A DNA stretch of 64,000 nt. Origin: Octopus sinensis. Taxonomy: Eukaryota. The stretch is from NCBI RefSeq assembly GCF_006345805.1, contig NC_042998.1, positions 80,352,001-80,416,000 on the forward strand, read 5' to 3'. The notes under the pieces are model-generated. The model was not told where the DNA came from, made no database searches, and saw nothing but the letters and a program-made list of their open reading frames with translations. This document shows, piece by piece, positions 23,423-37,238 of this stretch (positions within the stretch are counted from its first letter, which is position 1; every line of letters begins with the position of its first letter). The translations under genes and the position numbers were made by a program.

Positions 23423-25110
23423 CATCATCATCATCATCATTTAATCACTGCTTTCCATGCTGTCATGGGTTGGACAGTTTGACTGAGGACTGGCAAGCCA
23501 GATGGCTACACCAGGCTCCAATCTGATCTGGCAGAATTTCTACAGCTGGATGCCCTTCCTAACGACAACTACTCCAAGAGTGTAGTGGGTGCTTTTATGT
23601 GCCACCGGCATGAGGACCAGTCAAGCAGTACTGATAATGGCCACGCTCAAATGGTGTTTTTTACGTGCCACCTGCACAGGAGCCAGTCCAGTGACACTGG
23701 CAACGACCTCGCTCGAATGTTGTTTTTCACGTACCACCAGCACAAGTACCAGTAAGGCGGTGCTGGTAACGATCATGCTCGAATGGTGCTTTTTACGTGT
23801 CACTGGCACAGGAGCATCTCAGCGGCACTGACAAAAATTACGCTCGGATGGTGTTCTTAGTGCTCCACTAGCACAGCTGCCAGTCATGAAGTGCTGTCAT
23901 CGAATTTGATCAACAGGTCTTTGCAAGCAGAGTTTAGTGTCTAATGAAGGAAAACTACACATAAGTGGGATTGTTACACCACTGGCATTGGCCACGGGTT
24001 ATAGTCTCACTTGGCTTGCCAGGTCTTCTCAAGCACAGCATATTTCCAAAGGTCTCGGTCACTAGTCATTGCCTCAGTGAGACCTAATGTCCAAAGGTCA
24101 TGCTTCACCACCTCATCCCTGTGTGAAAAAGTGTCACATCACTAGGGTGTGACACTTTTTCACACAGCTATCCTCATTCATTCTCACCACATGACCATAC
24201 CAGCACAGTCATCTCTCTTGCACACCACATCTGATGCTTCTTAGGTTCATTCTCTCAAGGCACGCATAAGTGGACTGGTTATACCCCTAGCATAGGCCAC
24301 AAGGTTATGGTCACACTTGCGCTTGCCAAGTCTTCTCAAGCACAGCATATTTCCAGAGGTCCCAGTCACTAGTCATTGCCTCGGTGAGGCCCAATGTTTG
24401 AAGGTTATGCTTCACCACCTCATTCCAGGTCTTCCTGGGTCTACCACTTCCACAGGTTCCCTCAACTGCTAGGGTGTGGCACTTTTTCACACAGCTATCC
24501 ACATCCATTCTCGCCAAATGACCATACCAGCGCAGTCATCTCTCTTGCACACCACATCTGATGCTTCTTAGGTCCAACCTTTCTCTCAGGGCACTAACAC
24601 TCTGTTGAGTATGCACACTGATATTACACATCCAGCAGAACATACTGGCTTCGTTCCTTGCAAGCTTATATATGGCTTCAGCAGTCACAGCCCATGTTTC
24701 ACTGCTATGTAGCATGGCTGTTCGTACACATGCGTCATACAGTCTACTTTTTACTCTGAGCAAGAGGCCCTTTGTCACCAGCAGAAGTAGGAGCTCTCTG
24801 AACTTTGCCCAGGCTATTCTTATTCTAGCAGCTACACTTTCAGAGCACCCACCCCAACTACTGACTTGGTCACCAAAGTAATGGAAACTATCAACTACTT
24901 CTAGTTTTTCTCCCTTGAATGTGGCAGAAGTTGTTCTCTGCACATTTTCAGTGTTTATTGCTCCTGAGCATCTGCCACACGCAAAAACCAAATCTTACCA
25001 GTTAGCCTTCCTTTGATATTGCTGTACCTCTTGTGTGCCCCATAGCTTACACTGGGTACATCTTATAGAGTTTCTACCTATGCCTTTTCTACAGATTGAG
25101 CAGGGCCGTA
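23423..25110 (-). mobile_element. Older, rearranged RTE LINE copy with an internal duplication of the ORF C-terminus
   Basis: ORFs 24536..24991 and 24311..24517 are homologous to 9656-10450. The segment at ~23960-24260 repeats ~24260-24580. (CAT)n tail at ~23423-23440. Confidence 0.9.
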
Positions 25111-26151
25111 CTTACTATTAGCATGGTTTTACAACTAGATGGACTGAGCCAGTTAAAGAGACTTAAATATGGACATGACCAAGTAGCATTGATTAGAGAG
25201 AAATTAACTCCAGCAAATCATGATAACATATTCATTTAAGCAGTAGCAGGTCTTATCATCATCATTTTAACATCCATCCTTCAGGTGACAGAAACTATAG
25301 CTATATGCATACATGTATGTGTGCATTTGTGTGTCTGAGTGTGGTGAATTTTTTTTATGTTGGATTTAAATATAGTTGAATAACAAACAACAGCAATATT
25401 CTCAACAATAAATGTCTTTTATAACCCAATGCTGGCAAACAACCAAATTATAACAAAGATCTTCAGAATTAAAATAGCTTAAATAGTTTCAAGCCAACAT
25501 TTCAGCATTTCTGAAGAGGGGAAAACTCACAAATCTATTTTAAAAGATAATTTATTTATCTTGTTCTTTTTTTAATAAACAATCTGCATAGGAGAGAAAG
25601 AGTCAGAGAATTAGATGGGAAAGAGGAAAAAAAAAAAGAGCTATAATTATATATATATATATATATATATGTGTGTGAGCCAGTGTGTTTGTGTGAATGG
25701 AAGATTTTGAATGTGTGAGTGTGCTTATGAGTGAAACAGAAGAGAGTAAAGAGATTTTTTTTTGTATCTTTGTCTTTTTTATGAAGTGTTTTTAAATCGT
25801 GTACCTTGTTGCATGTATGTGTATGAGAGAGAGAAAGACAGATGAGAATATGGGGAATGAGAAATTACTAATTCTTTCTAATTTTGGTACAAGGCCAGCA
25901 ATTTTGAAGGGAGGTGCAAGTAAATTACATTGACCCCCCCAGTACTTGATTGGTACTTATGTTACTGACCCTGAAAGGATGCTGAACATAAAGAGCTGGA
26001 AGAAATGCCACTAAACATTTTGTCCGACAAGCTAATGATTCTGCTAGCTCACCACTTTGAAAGAGAAATGAATAATAATGTGCAAGTAGGTATGTAGTTC
26101 ATCTACAACAAAAAAATCTGTTCTGGTCCCTTCTCTCATATTTTAAGTAGC

Positions 26152-26379
26152 TTAACCCTTTAACATTTAAACCAGCCATATCTGGCCAAAATATTCTACC
26201 CATTTTATGTTCAAACTGGCAATATCCAGTCTCTCACACCTACACTACAATGTCGTTCTAAAAATACACAATCACATCATCGAAATTTCAAAGCTATGAG
26301 ATAATGCATGATTAACTGAAAGCAATGCAAATAAGTAAGTATTACATTTGACAGAGTAATCTGAATGCTAAAGAGTCAA
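26152..26379. mobile_element. piggyBac-type MITE (TTAA|CCCTTTAGCATT...AATGCTAAAGGG|TTAA consensus)
   Basis: Termini ttaaccctttaacatt and aatgctaaagagtcaa. Related copies at ~27686-27896, 43614-43823, 44330-44498, 52555-52742 and 57694-57916. Confidence 0.75.
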
Positions 26380-26827
26380 GGCTGCCTCCCTCTTTGCTGT
26401 AATCCCACATTGCATAATAACTTAACTAATGATGGTGCTGGGGAAAAAAACACCCAGTGGTTACAATTAGGAAGGGTAACTAGCCATAGAAACCACACCA
26501 AAGCAGATATTGGAGAATGGTGCCATCCTCAGACATGTCAGTTCCTGTCAAACCATCCAACCCATGCCAGCATAAAAGATGGATGTTAAAAGATGATGGA
26601 TGAAATTGAAAAACAAACTTACTTCAGCTGTGTGAGAGAAGGTACATTTTACACAAATGTCTCTATTGTTTAAATAAATTAATTCTAGAATAACAGTATG
26701 AGGAGTTTTTCCCAGATTATTAACCTCGTCTTCTATATTTCTATTTATAATAGAATTCAACTGGGTTACACTCTGCCAACATTCACATACCACATTTCTC
26801 TAACCTTCACTAGTGGTAGCTCTAACA

Positions 26828-27155
26828 CAGTGGTTCTCAACTGGTATCCATATGACCCCTTGGATGTCCATATAAAATTTGTGAGGGTCCACACAAACAA
26901 AATGGTAAATTGGAAACTCACAGTAGTAGTTTAAGGGTCCATGAAAAATTTTGATCTTGCAAGAAACAGCAAAATTTTTGTCTCTAACATTTTACATAGT
27001 TCAACCTACACAGGTGAATGTGTGAAAAACAAAATAAGAATTTTGAAAGAAATATTTATAAAACTAGTTTTATACTTCATGTGGTGATGGGAGTCCAACA
27101 AAGTTATATAGTAATCAAAGGGGTCCATAGGTAAAGAAAAAGTTGAGAATCATTG
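26828..27155. mobile_element. hAT-type MITE
   Basis: TIRs cagtggttctcaact / agttgagaatcattg; degenerate 8-bp TSD ctctaaca / atttaaca. A partial relative ends at ~52446. Confidence 0.7.
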
Positions 27156-28817
27156 ATTTAACACATCTTTATAGCTATGTGGTTCAGTTCAATTTCCAAC
27201 TGTGTGATCTTAGGTTTAGTCCCACTGCATGTCATCTTTGGCAAGTGGCTTTTACAACTGCTCTGGATCAGCTAATGCTTTGTGAGTAAAATTGGTAGGT
27301 GGTAGACAGAAACTGCATGTAAGAAGACAGTTTTGTTATGTTTGTTCTCAGTGAACACTTCTCTCAGAATTGTGGAGTAAAAGCTCATCTTTTTTTTCTT
27401 ATATAAAATAATGGTTGGTGACAGGAAGAGCAATCAACCATGTATTAAAAAAACCGCTTCAAATAGTACCCATCTAACCCAAACATGCATAGTAAAACAT
27501 ATAAAATGAACAAGTAAACTTAGCCCTTGATTGCTTTTAGTGCGGCAAGTATTTGGATCCTTAACAGTATTGGACTACACATTCCTTTACAAAGGACCAG
27601 ATTGTCAAAAAGTACAGACAGAAAAGAGAGCAGCAACTGTATGATGCTGGGCCTGGATTGCAGGACATAATATTGTATTCATCTAATCTTTAAGCATTCA
27701 GATTACTTTGTCAAATGTAATGCTTATTTGTTCATATTCTTTTGAATTAATCTTGCATTATTTCATTGCTTTGGGATTTTGACAATATGATTGTTTACTT
27801 TTAGAATTATAATGTAGAGTAGGTATGAGAGTCTGAATCTGGCCAGTTTGAACATAAAACAGGTAAAATACTTAAGCAAGATACAGCTGGTTAAACATCA
27901 ATTTGTAACTGGTTTCCTTCCCAAGATTTTGTTAGCTTCACCAGAGATCAGATCAGTAAACACCCATCTTAGTTACATACAAAGATTAATCAACATAGTG
28001 GAAAATCATGAGCCTTGTCTTCATCTTCACTCCACCAAAGCATTCATCTTCAGAACCCATGAAAATGTATTATAAAAAGATTAAACAAAATGCTAAGTTT
28101 ATCTGTTATGTACTGTATTATGGCATATAAGACAGATTGCTTCTTTTTTTTTTTTTTTTCAAATGCCTCCAAAGCATCAACCTGGATCCTATATAAAAAA
28201 CTAAGCCTACATTACATGCTTTAATGCACTTAAAACACTTTTTCTTGAATACACATTACTGAAATTGGGATGTATCTAATATGCCTGAGTGTCTTTTGTA
28301 CTATCAAATATGGTAATGTCATCAGCAATTGAATTATTATTTTGCCTATGGACAGTGCAATTTGGAGTTATTTCAGTCTGGTCCCTTATTTTATCAATTC
28401 CTGTTTATTGAATGGCTGTTATCTTTTGATAAGAAAGGAAACAACACAAGCACTGCTTTACAGCAGTTCGCACGCACACACACACACACACAATTGTCAT
28501 TACTATCATGTTCCCTTTCAATGATGGCATAGGTTGGACAAGTCATCACAATCCACATAAGTTTTTATGTAGAACCACTACCAATATTCTAATATTCCCT
28601 CTATTTTTATCTATGGGTGTGTATAGTAATTTGCATGTGTACTAATTTCGTCTTTCTTTGCAAAGTATGTGTGCATCCAAGCAAGTAACCTTTGTTCATA
28701 TTCCTTGATTAAAAAAAACTTTTAATTCAGCTCAAATACTTTGTGTGTGAATATTTTTTACCAGGAAAAATGTGTTAGAGGGGATACCAGCCATTGCTCT
28801 CACAGACTGGTTCTTCT

Positions 28818-29014
28818 TCATTTCCTTTTGACCTGGGTTCTGTGGTTGGATATCCTTCCTATCACTAACCACTTTACATTTCATTGTAGCATTAACACCT
28901 GAGATGTTGTCAAGTCATTTCCTTTTGACCTGGGGATTCTGTGGTTGGATATCCTTCCTATCACTAACCACTTTACATTTCATTGTGGCACTAGCACCTG
29001 AGATGGTGTCAAGT
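28818..29014. repeat. ~97-99-bp direct tandem duplication in an old RTE-tail fragment
   Basis: tcatttccttttgacctggg..ctgtggttggatatccttcctatcactaaccactttacatttcattgt..cacctgagatg.tgtcaagt occurs twice. Confidence 0.9.
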
Positions 29015-29644
29015 TCTCTGCAAGATATGACTAAAGGGATCTCTCAACTCGTCCACTGCTTGCTTGCCAATCACTCTAAAGGGTAACATGAGAGGGGTTA
29101 CTTTATACACTGCACATGTAAAGAACACTCACTGCCAAAAGACATGGATGTATATAAACATACACAACTGGCTTCCACACAGTTTCAATGCTATAGTAGA
29201 AGACATTTGCCTAAAGTGCCATACAGTAAGATCAAACCTGGAACTATGTGGCTACAAAGTGTTTAACTGCACATCTATGCCCTTGCTTTATACACATATG
29301 TACATGATAAGAAAAAAATTTTCACATAGATATTGGTGTATATTTGTACGTATGTATATATATGCATGTGCATCTATTTGTTGTCCACACACATAGACTT
29401 ATGTGTATGCAAAAAAATATTCTAATAACTCTAGTCTAACTGTATGATATATGAATATATTGACTGTGATTTTAACTATCTGTTTATATTATATTATAGT
29501 ATACTATATATTTGAATCTCCTATATTATGTATTGTGAAGTGAAGATTAGACTGAATCTAATATTATTATTAATAATAATAATAATAGTAATAATTAAAT
29601 ATTATATGTGTACTCATGGATATGGATGTTTATGCATGCTCCAG

Positions 29645-29677
<33 letters not shown>

Positions 29678-29854
29678 TTGTCTATATGCTTGTACGTATG
29701 TTTAATTGTGTCTATTTATGTACATGTATAGGTGTATATATTTGCTTATGTGTGTGTATATATATATATATGTGTGTGTGTAGATATTTATATATATATT
29801 AAATTGTACATGTATCTTGTTTCATGTATATATTTATATTTTGAATGTCCTTTA

Positions 29855-29983
29855 TAATCTCTGATGAGGCCTATGGATATATATAAGTACCTCATTTTTA
29901 ACTGCCTACAACCTCAATACAACTGACATGTATAGGCACAGCAAATTACTTTTTTCCATAGGCTGAAATAGCTTTAAGTGATT
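29855..29983 (+). ncRNA. Hammerhead-ribozyme-like motif (minimal type I with extended stem II), probably from a Penelope-like remnant
   Basis: CTGATGA (29861-67), stem II GGCCTATGGA...TCCATAGGCT, GAAA (29965-68), palindromic AGCT, then TA; partial stem I aatct / agtgatt. Confidence 0.55.
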
Positions 29984-30352
29984 TTAATGATTTTAACAAT
30001 TTATATTAATGTTTTTTTTAATAACTACTTGTATTCTTATCTTATATGTATTGAATTTTATACTGTATAAATGTATGTTATTATGGTTGTCGTTTTGATA
30101 AATAAATCAGTTAACATTCTAATATCATAAAGCTGATAAACCAACTAATGTGTTTCTCCATTTTCTTATTTGTAATATAAACTAATGGTAAAATATTTCT
30201 TTACCTGCACCCATTTAATACAATAAGTGAGTTTATTGCATTGCAATTAAAAACACTTGTGTATTAATAATTTGGGTATTATACCAACAGTATATTGGAT
30301 AAGTATTATCTCTTAGTGGGTTGGATCCACAACCCCTAACTTACTTGGTGGT

Positions 30353-30391
<39 letters not shown>

Positions 30392-31053
30392 CATACATAC
30401 ACCCACACATTCAGTGGATTTTCATGTACAAATCAAGAGGAAGATGAAGAATTAGAAAAGAAAGCTATTTGGCAGTTGTGAAGCACTAAAGGACATAGCC
30501 TACAAAGATAGCTGATGGCAGTGGTGGTGGTGTTTAGCCAGTCCTGGATCAACCTTTAAAAAAGACATCCCAAATATGACCATCCTAACTTTTTAGAGTT
30601 GTGTAGAACTACATTATCTACTGTACCATTTCTTTGTTTAAGATAGCAGGGTGTAATCTGAGAGAGATTTGGCAGTTATTTCTAGCAGGTCGCATGACCA
30701 CATAGACTTTCATCTTTGTGCATATTGTTGCGGAAAATACTACTATACCAGAATATGACTGCAGTGATGTTTAATGAAATTGAAATGGCTGTCATGAATG
30801 ATTTTATTATCTTCTGAAAGAGAGATGCCAATGCAATGCATTAGAAATTGTAAAAGAAAGCAGATTGAAACATGGTGTATGCAGAAATATAGAAGATGAG
30901 GTTAATAAGATAGAAAACCCTTACAAATGTGATATTACTGTTGAAAATATAATTACCAGCCATGTGTTTGGCTTCAAACATGTTTAAAAAATTCATTTTC
31001 CAATGAGGATGTTTTAAAACACTGAAAGAAAGATGGTTACTTCAAACTCTTAC

Positions 31054-31094
31054 CTCTTTGTTCTTCGTGCAGTGTATGTTTTAGGGACATGGTC
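31054..31094 (-). CDS. PAWR: PAWR-like coding exon B (41 nt, phase 0->2): DHVPKTYTARRTK(S)
   Basis: Strong acceptor ttcttttcttttctag|GAC and donor AAGAG|gtaaga. The terminal AG joins the first C of exon 16244 to make AGC (Ser), giving ...ARRTKS-PSDLD. It resembles the short vertebrate exon EPPRTVSGRYKS. Confidence 0.85.
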
Positions 31095-32014
31095 CTAGAA
31101 AAGAAAAGAATAAAGATGAGGATAAATAATAAATTGATAATGGGGAGATATTATTTAAATTTACATTCCAATTTAATATGTGTGTGTGTTTGATAATGAT
31201 AAATGAAGGCAAAAGAGAAAGAAAAAGGACAAAAGAAGTTAAAAAGAGAGAGAGAAAAGGTATAAGAGAATATGTGACAGAAGAGAGATGAGCAAAATGA
31301 GAAAGTGTGTAAGAAGGAGAGATAGAATAGAACAGTATATACTTTCTTGAAATAAGAAAGAAAAGATAGGGGGTAGATGTGTATGTATATATATATATAT
31401 ATAATGAATGAAATAATTTGCCAACATATAATATACACCAGTGTACAGGATACACTGCACATTTTCAACTAGATTTTTTTTTCATCATTTTACATTAGTG
31501 TTTCATACTTGCATGAGTTAGATGGCTTGACAAGGATCTAATGAGTCGAAGGGTTGCCTTGTATCCCAGTCTCTGCTTTACCATAGTTTCTTTCTATGGC
31601 TGGATGTTCTTTCTAACATCAACCACTTTACAGTGTGTACTGAGTGCTTTTTATTTTCATGCTACTGGCACTATCAAGGTTACCATGTAGCTTGCAAATC
31701 AACAAACCCAAGGAAGAAGGATGTTGCATTTGTATGTTAGATGCAGGTTAAGGTAAGAGGTTGGGATAGAGCAGGCTCTTGTTGTAGAGAAGCTACATGG
31801 CTACTCACATACTTCAGAGAATACATTTTTAGAGGGAAAGAAAAATCTCTTAAATGCAAGAAAATATGGAGAATTTAAATTTATTTTAACATTTAGTATC
31901 ACTACTGCTTTTAACTATTTGCCTATGGCCATATTGAAGTACCACTTTTTAATAGAGCAACAAGTCTGAACTGTTGTTATTGCTAACCAGCTAAGTTACA
32001 ACTTACTTCTTATA

Positions 32015-33140
32015 ATAATCCTTTCTACTATAAGCACAAAATCTGAAATGTTGAGGAAAGGGATAGCCAATTACATTGATCCCAGTACTTAACTGGTACT
32101 TAATTAATTGACCCTGAAAAGATGAATGGTAAAGTTGACCTCGGTGGAATTTGAATATAGAACCTGAAGATGGACAAAATAAAGCTAATCATTTTGTTTG
32201 GCATACTAACAATTCTGCCAACTCACCACCTTATAATAATAATAATTTTGGCACAAGGCCAGTAATGTAATGATAATAATAAAGGTTTCTACATTTGGTA
32301 AAAGTTCATAAATTTTGGGAAGCAATACAGTTGATCACATCAACTCTAATATTTGACTAGTATGTATTTTATGCACCCTGTACGGAAGAAAGAACATAGT
32401 CAACCACAGTGGAACTTAAACAAAGAAGTCAAAAGAACACAAATAAAACCCCCTGCTCTACCACTCAAATGCCTTTTGTGCAGTATAATAATGCCTTATA
32501 GTATAAGTACAAGGCCTGAAATTTTGTGGGGGAGAACTAGTCAGTTACATCAACCCCAGTACTTATTTTATTGACCCCCAAAAGGATGAAAGGCAAAGTT
32601 GACCTCAGCAGGATTTGAACTCAAAATGTAAAGAACCAAAAGAAATGCTGCTAAGCATTTTGTCTGGTGTGATAACAATTCTACCAGCTTGCCAGCTTTA
32701 TTTTAATGTTAATTGTTTCTGAATTTAGGCACAAGGCCAACAATTTTAAAAGGGTGGAGATTAGTTGATACCATTGACTCCAGTACTTAACTGATACTTT
32801 ACCTTGAAGAGATGAAAGGCAAAGTTAATCTCAGCAGAATTTGAAATCAGAATGTAAAGAGCTGGATCAATTGTTACAAGTAATTTTTTCTGACTTCTGA
32901 AAACTCATACCAACACAAGGCCACATATTTTGGAGGTAGGGGTTACAGTGCTTCAGTTGTGGCATAAAGCCATGCATTTCATTTTACAGTAAAGAAACAG
33001 GGTATTAAATCAATGCTGATATCTTACTGGTGCTTATTTTATTAACCCTAAAATGATGAAAGGCAAAACTCAATGGATGTAACTGTACACCAAAAAGCAT
33101 TTAGTCTGGCATACTTATAATTACTGTTGCTCTGCTAACC
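32015..33140 (-). mobile_element. Head-to-tail cluster of about five degraded MetaSINE-like copies
   Basis: Recurrent gatgaaaggcaaagttgacctc...atttgaact and cagtacttaactggtact blocks, separated by (AAT)n and aggcc...aatttt tails. Confidence 0.7.
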
Positions 33141-33295
33141 TTTACCCTTCTAATATTGATGACATGAAAATATTAACAGAAATAATGTGAAGATCAATAA
33201 TAACAAATACACAAAAACAAAATTAATGACTGTTAGCATGAAAATAAATCAGTTCAAATTAATCTTCCAAAACAAATGTTACAGGACAATTGAGA

Positions 33296-33565
33296 TACTT
33301 TCCTGATAAACAAAAATAATATTTTCGATCAAGAAAAATGCTTTTGTTTGATCAACTACAATGTTTTTCTTGATAATTTTATTATCAACAAAAATACTTT
33401 TCTTGATCAACAACAAAAAATAAATAAATAAATAAAAAACAAAAAACTTGTGATCAACAAAAATACTTTCTTTCATGAATGGAAATGCTTTTCTTAAACA
33501 ACAGAAATACTTTTCTTGATCAACCATAATATTTTTAAAAAAAATAACATGTTTAAGAATCAATC
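33296..33565. repeat. Degenerate ~21-22-bp minisatellite (TTGATCAACAAAAATACTTTTC-like)
   Basis: Repeated tgatcaac/aaaaatactttt cores; these explain the repetitive ORF 33279..33563. Confidence 0.7.
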
Positions 33566-34500
33566 ATAAATTTTCCATGAAATGTGCATTTTGTTTCCTT
33601 AAAGTGAAACAGTGCAGAAATCATGTGTAAGTCAAAGTCAAGCTGAAGTGCAGTTTCAAAATGTTTGGTGCATCACACACATGCACTCTAACAGAAAGAA
33701 GGAAGAGAGAACTAGCAAATAACAGTAACATCAACCTCAAATACTAATGTGTACTAAAACATTGAGCTCTTTTATAAGCATGGTTTTATTGGAACACTAC
33801 AATGGTGGTATTGGTGGTGAGGTGGTGGTAATAATAGTGTTGGTGATGATAGAGGCTCAACTTACCAAGGAAGACTTGGTTCCTGTCCAAACTGCTAGCA
33901 GTGTTCAGTATCAGTACATAGGATAAAGTTTAAGTGTTGGTTCCCTACAGAGTCTATCTGAGAATACACTACATCTCTTATGTAGCCACTAATATAGCAC
34001 ATCCTATACAGTATTGTTGTATTCCTGTATATTAACTAGTCATTTGCTTACTATGGTTCCTACCATTAACTAGTTAATACCTTTAGTAAAGTAATCACTA
34101 ATTAACTCACTGTAGCAACAAAGACAACTTTCATTAATTTAGACTAATGATTTTCAACACATTTGTAGCTCGATGTTCCCTTTCAATGAATGGCATCTTA
34201 TACACAGAATCCCTTCCCATATTTAAAAAGGATGAATCGCTGCATGATTAAGAAGTTTGATTTCCAACCATGTGGTTTTAGGTGCAGTTCCACTGCATGG
34301 CACTTTGGGGAAGTGTCTTCTACTAAAGCCCCAGGCTGATCACAAAAGTAGTGAGTGGAAAAGTGAAAGAAGCCCAGCATAAATGAAGTGTGTGTGTGTG
34401 TTTGTGTAACTGTGGATAAATGTCTTTCTGTAGCTCTAGCCTGACCAAAGCCCTGTGAGTGGTAAATAGAAAATTGAAAGAAGCCTTTCACATATGATGC

Positions 34501-34550
<50 letters not shown>

Positions 34551-34609
34551 ATACATACACACACACATATATATACATATATTCACATATGATGTGAATA
34601 TATATATAT

Positions 34610-35510
34610 ATCATCTTTATTATTTAATGTCCGTTTTCCATACTGTCATAGGTTGGATAGTTTGACAAGAGCTGACCAGCTGAAGAGCTGTGCAGGCTCC
34701 ACGTTTGTTTTGGCATGGTTTTTATGGCTGAATACCCTTCCTAATGCCAACCATTTTACAGAGTGTATTGGATGCATTTACACAGCACTAGCACAGGTGC
34801 CTTTTCATGGCACCAAAACCTACGAGCCCACAAAATTAAGGATGTTCATCTAGAGAGGGTTGCAGGAGACAAACCTATATGCAAGGGCAACCACACTTTT
34901 ACTTAGCTTAATATGTCTTTTCAAGCACAGCAAACCATCAGGAATCTCAGTCCCCTGTCATCCCTTCTGTGAGTCCCAATGTCTGTAGATCCTTTCTCAC
35001 CACTTCATCCCATATCTTCCTGGGTTTACCCCTTCCACATGTTCCCTCTACAGTTAGAGATTGGCACCTCTTGATGCAATTGTCTTCATTCATAGGCATT
35101 ACATAGCCATACCTGTGCAGTCTTCTCTCTTGTACACTACATTTGATGCTACGTATACCCAGTTTTTCTCTTAAATCACTTACACTCTGTTGCATATGCA
35201 CACTGATATTACCCATCCAGCAAAGTACACTTGATTCATTTCTTCCAAGTCTTCACACTTCCTCAGTAGTCATAGCCCATGTCTCACTGCCATGTAGTAT
35301 AGCTGTTCATACACAGGCATCATACCATCTACCTTTCACTCAGAGAGAGAGAGAGAGGTCCTTCATTACTAATGGCGGTACTAGCTCTCTGAACTTCACC
35401 CAGCCTATTCTTATTGTAGCAGCTATGCTTTTGGAAGAACCACTCCCACTACTAACTTTGTCACTTAAGTAACAGAAACTGACTTCTACTTTAAGGGATC
35501 CCCTCTCACA
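34610..35510 (-). mobile_element. Old RTE LINE fragment
   Basis: ORFs 34947..35216 (VEGTCGRGKPRKIWDEVV) and 35340..35552 are homologous to the 9656-10260 region. Confidence 0.85.
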
Positions 35511-36661
35511 TATGAGTGAGTCCATATATATATGAAATTTACAGAAAAACAAAAGACAGGTGTATAAACAACAAGCAGATGTTAGTTTGACGCTCAGGAA
35601 GGTGAGAAAGTCATTTATGTTTCAAGCCTATGCTCTTCAACATATACACCGAGAGAGAGAGAGAAGTGTGTATGTTGTACCTCCTTGTCATGTGATAGAT
35701 GCAAATGAGCATCTCTGTCATACAGGCAATATCATTCGTTTCTAAGCTTCCGTAAAAAATATGTCTGACCTTGGAGGAGAAATATTAGCTCGCTTAGAAG
35801 CAGGCAATGGTTGACAATAGGAAGGGCACCTAATCACAGAAAATCTTTCCAAGCATAGAAAAGTGGTACATTAACTCACTACTGATGATGATGATGATGA
35901 AACAGAAGATAATTTTGCACAGTGGTTTATCAACAATCATGTTTCTGCTCACTGATAAACACAGTACCCTGTCTATATTTTGAGCTTTTATCTTTTACTT
36001 GTTTCCAATCATTAGACTGCAGCCATGCTGAGGCAGTGCCTTGAAGAATTTTTAGCTGAACAGATCAACTCCAGTACTTATTCTATCAGTCTCTTTAGCT
36101 GAACCACTAAGTTATGAGGATGATGCAGACACACTGACACTACTTGTCAGACACACATACACACACAACAGACTTTTTTGCAGTTTCACCACCTCTCACT
36201 TGTTTCCAAGTAAGGTAACATTTCCTCATAGCTAGACATGTTTTACACAGAAGACTAGAAATGAACAACAGCACTTTTGATGTACACACACACAACAGGC
36301 TTCCACACAGTTTCCATCTACTAAATCCACTGACAAGGCTTTGATGGGGCTAGGGCTTTAATAGATGACACTGGTCTATGGTGCCATGCAAAGGTACTGA
36401 ACCAAAGACAACTTCATTGGGAAGCAAGCTTCATAACCACACAGCCATGCTTGTATATGAAAAATAACTAAATTAAGCACTAATGCACTTGACATGACAA
36501 ACGAGAAAATTTGAACCAATCAAGACTAAACTTGCTTTGATAAGAGATAAACATTGGACCAATACTTAAAAAAAAAAGGGGGGGGGGGTGAATGGAAGGC
36601 AGGTAAGACAACTCCAAGTTCAGTTTTTGACAGTCATCTTCAATTTGTGTAATGTGTGCAT

Positions 36662-37075
36662 ATTATCATCATCATTGTTTAATGTCTGTTTTCTATGCTG
36701 GCAAGGGTTGGACAGTTTGACTGAGGACTGGCAAGCCAGTAGGCTGCACCAGGCTCCAATCTGATCTGGCAAGGTTTCTAACACCAACCACTCCAAGTGT
36801 AGTGGGTGCTTTTTATGTGTCACTAGCACAGGAGCCAATCAGGTGACACTGGCATCGACCATGTTCACATGGTGCTTCTTATGTGCCAACGGCACAGGAG
36901 CCAGTCGGGAGGTGGGGCGGCTGGCTTCAACTGCTTTCAAATGGTGCTTTTTACATTCCATGAGGAGCCAGTCAGATGGCACTGGCATCAACACACGCTC
37001 GAATGGTGTTTATTACGTGCCATCATTACAGGCACCAGTCAGGCAGCACTGGCATCAGCCACAACTACAATTTCT
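36662..37075 (-). mobile_element. RTE 3'-UTR fragment
   Basis: (CAT)n followed by aatgtctgttttctatgctggcaagggttggacag..., with repeated ggtgcttttta.gtg.cac subunits. Confidence 0.8.
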
Positions 37076-37238
37076 GTATATTCTTTAGTAATTTGAACCA
37101 TTTTCTGGCTATGTTGGAGTATTACCATGCGTGTGTGTATGTAAAAGTTTTATTTTTCTAACATAACATTTATGTTGACATAGCCTTTTATAAGCACTTA
37201 TCCTACAGGTAGAGAAATGAACAAGGCAAGGTTTAATA

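Noticed and set aside
33866-33944. Strong minus-strand donor TTG|gtaagt as a possible extra exon
   Set aside because: The available acceptors give 26, 29 or 79 nt with weak pyrimidine tracts. None preserves the phase 0-0 frame, and the longest contains a stop. It cannot be supported without RNA data.
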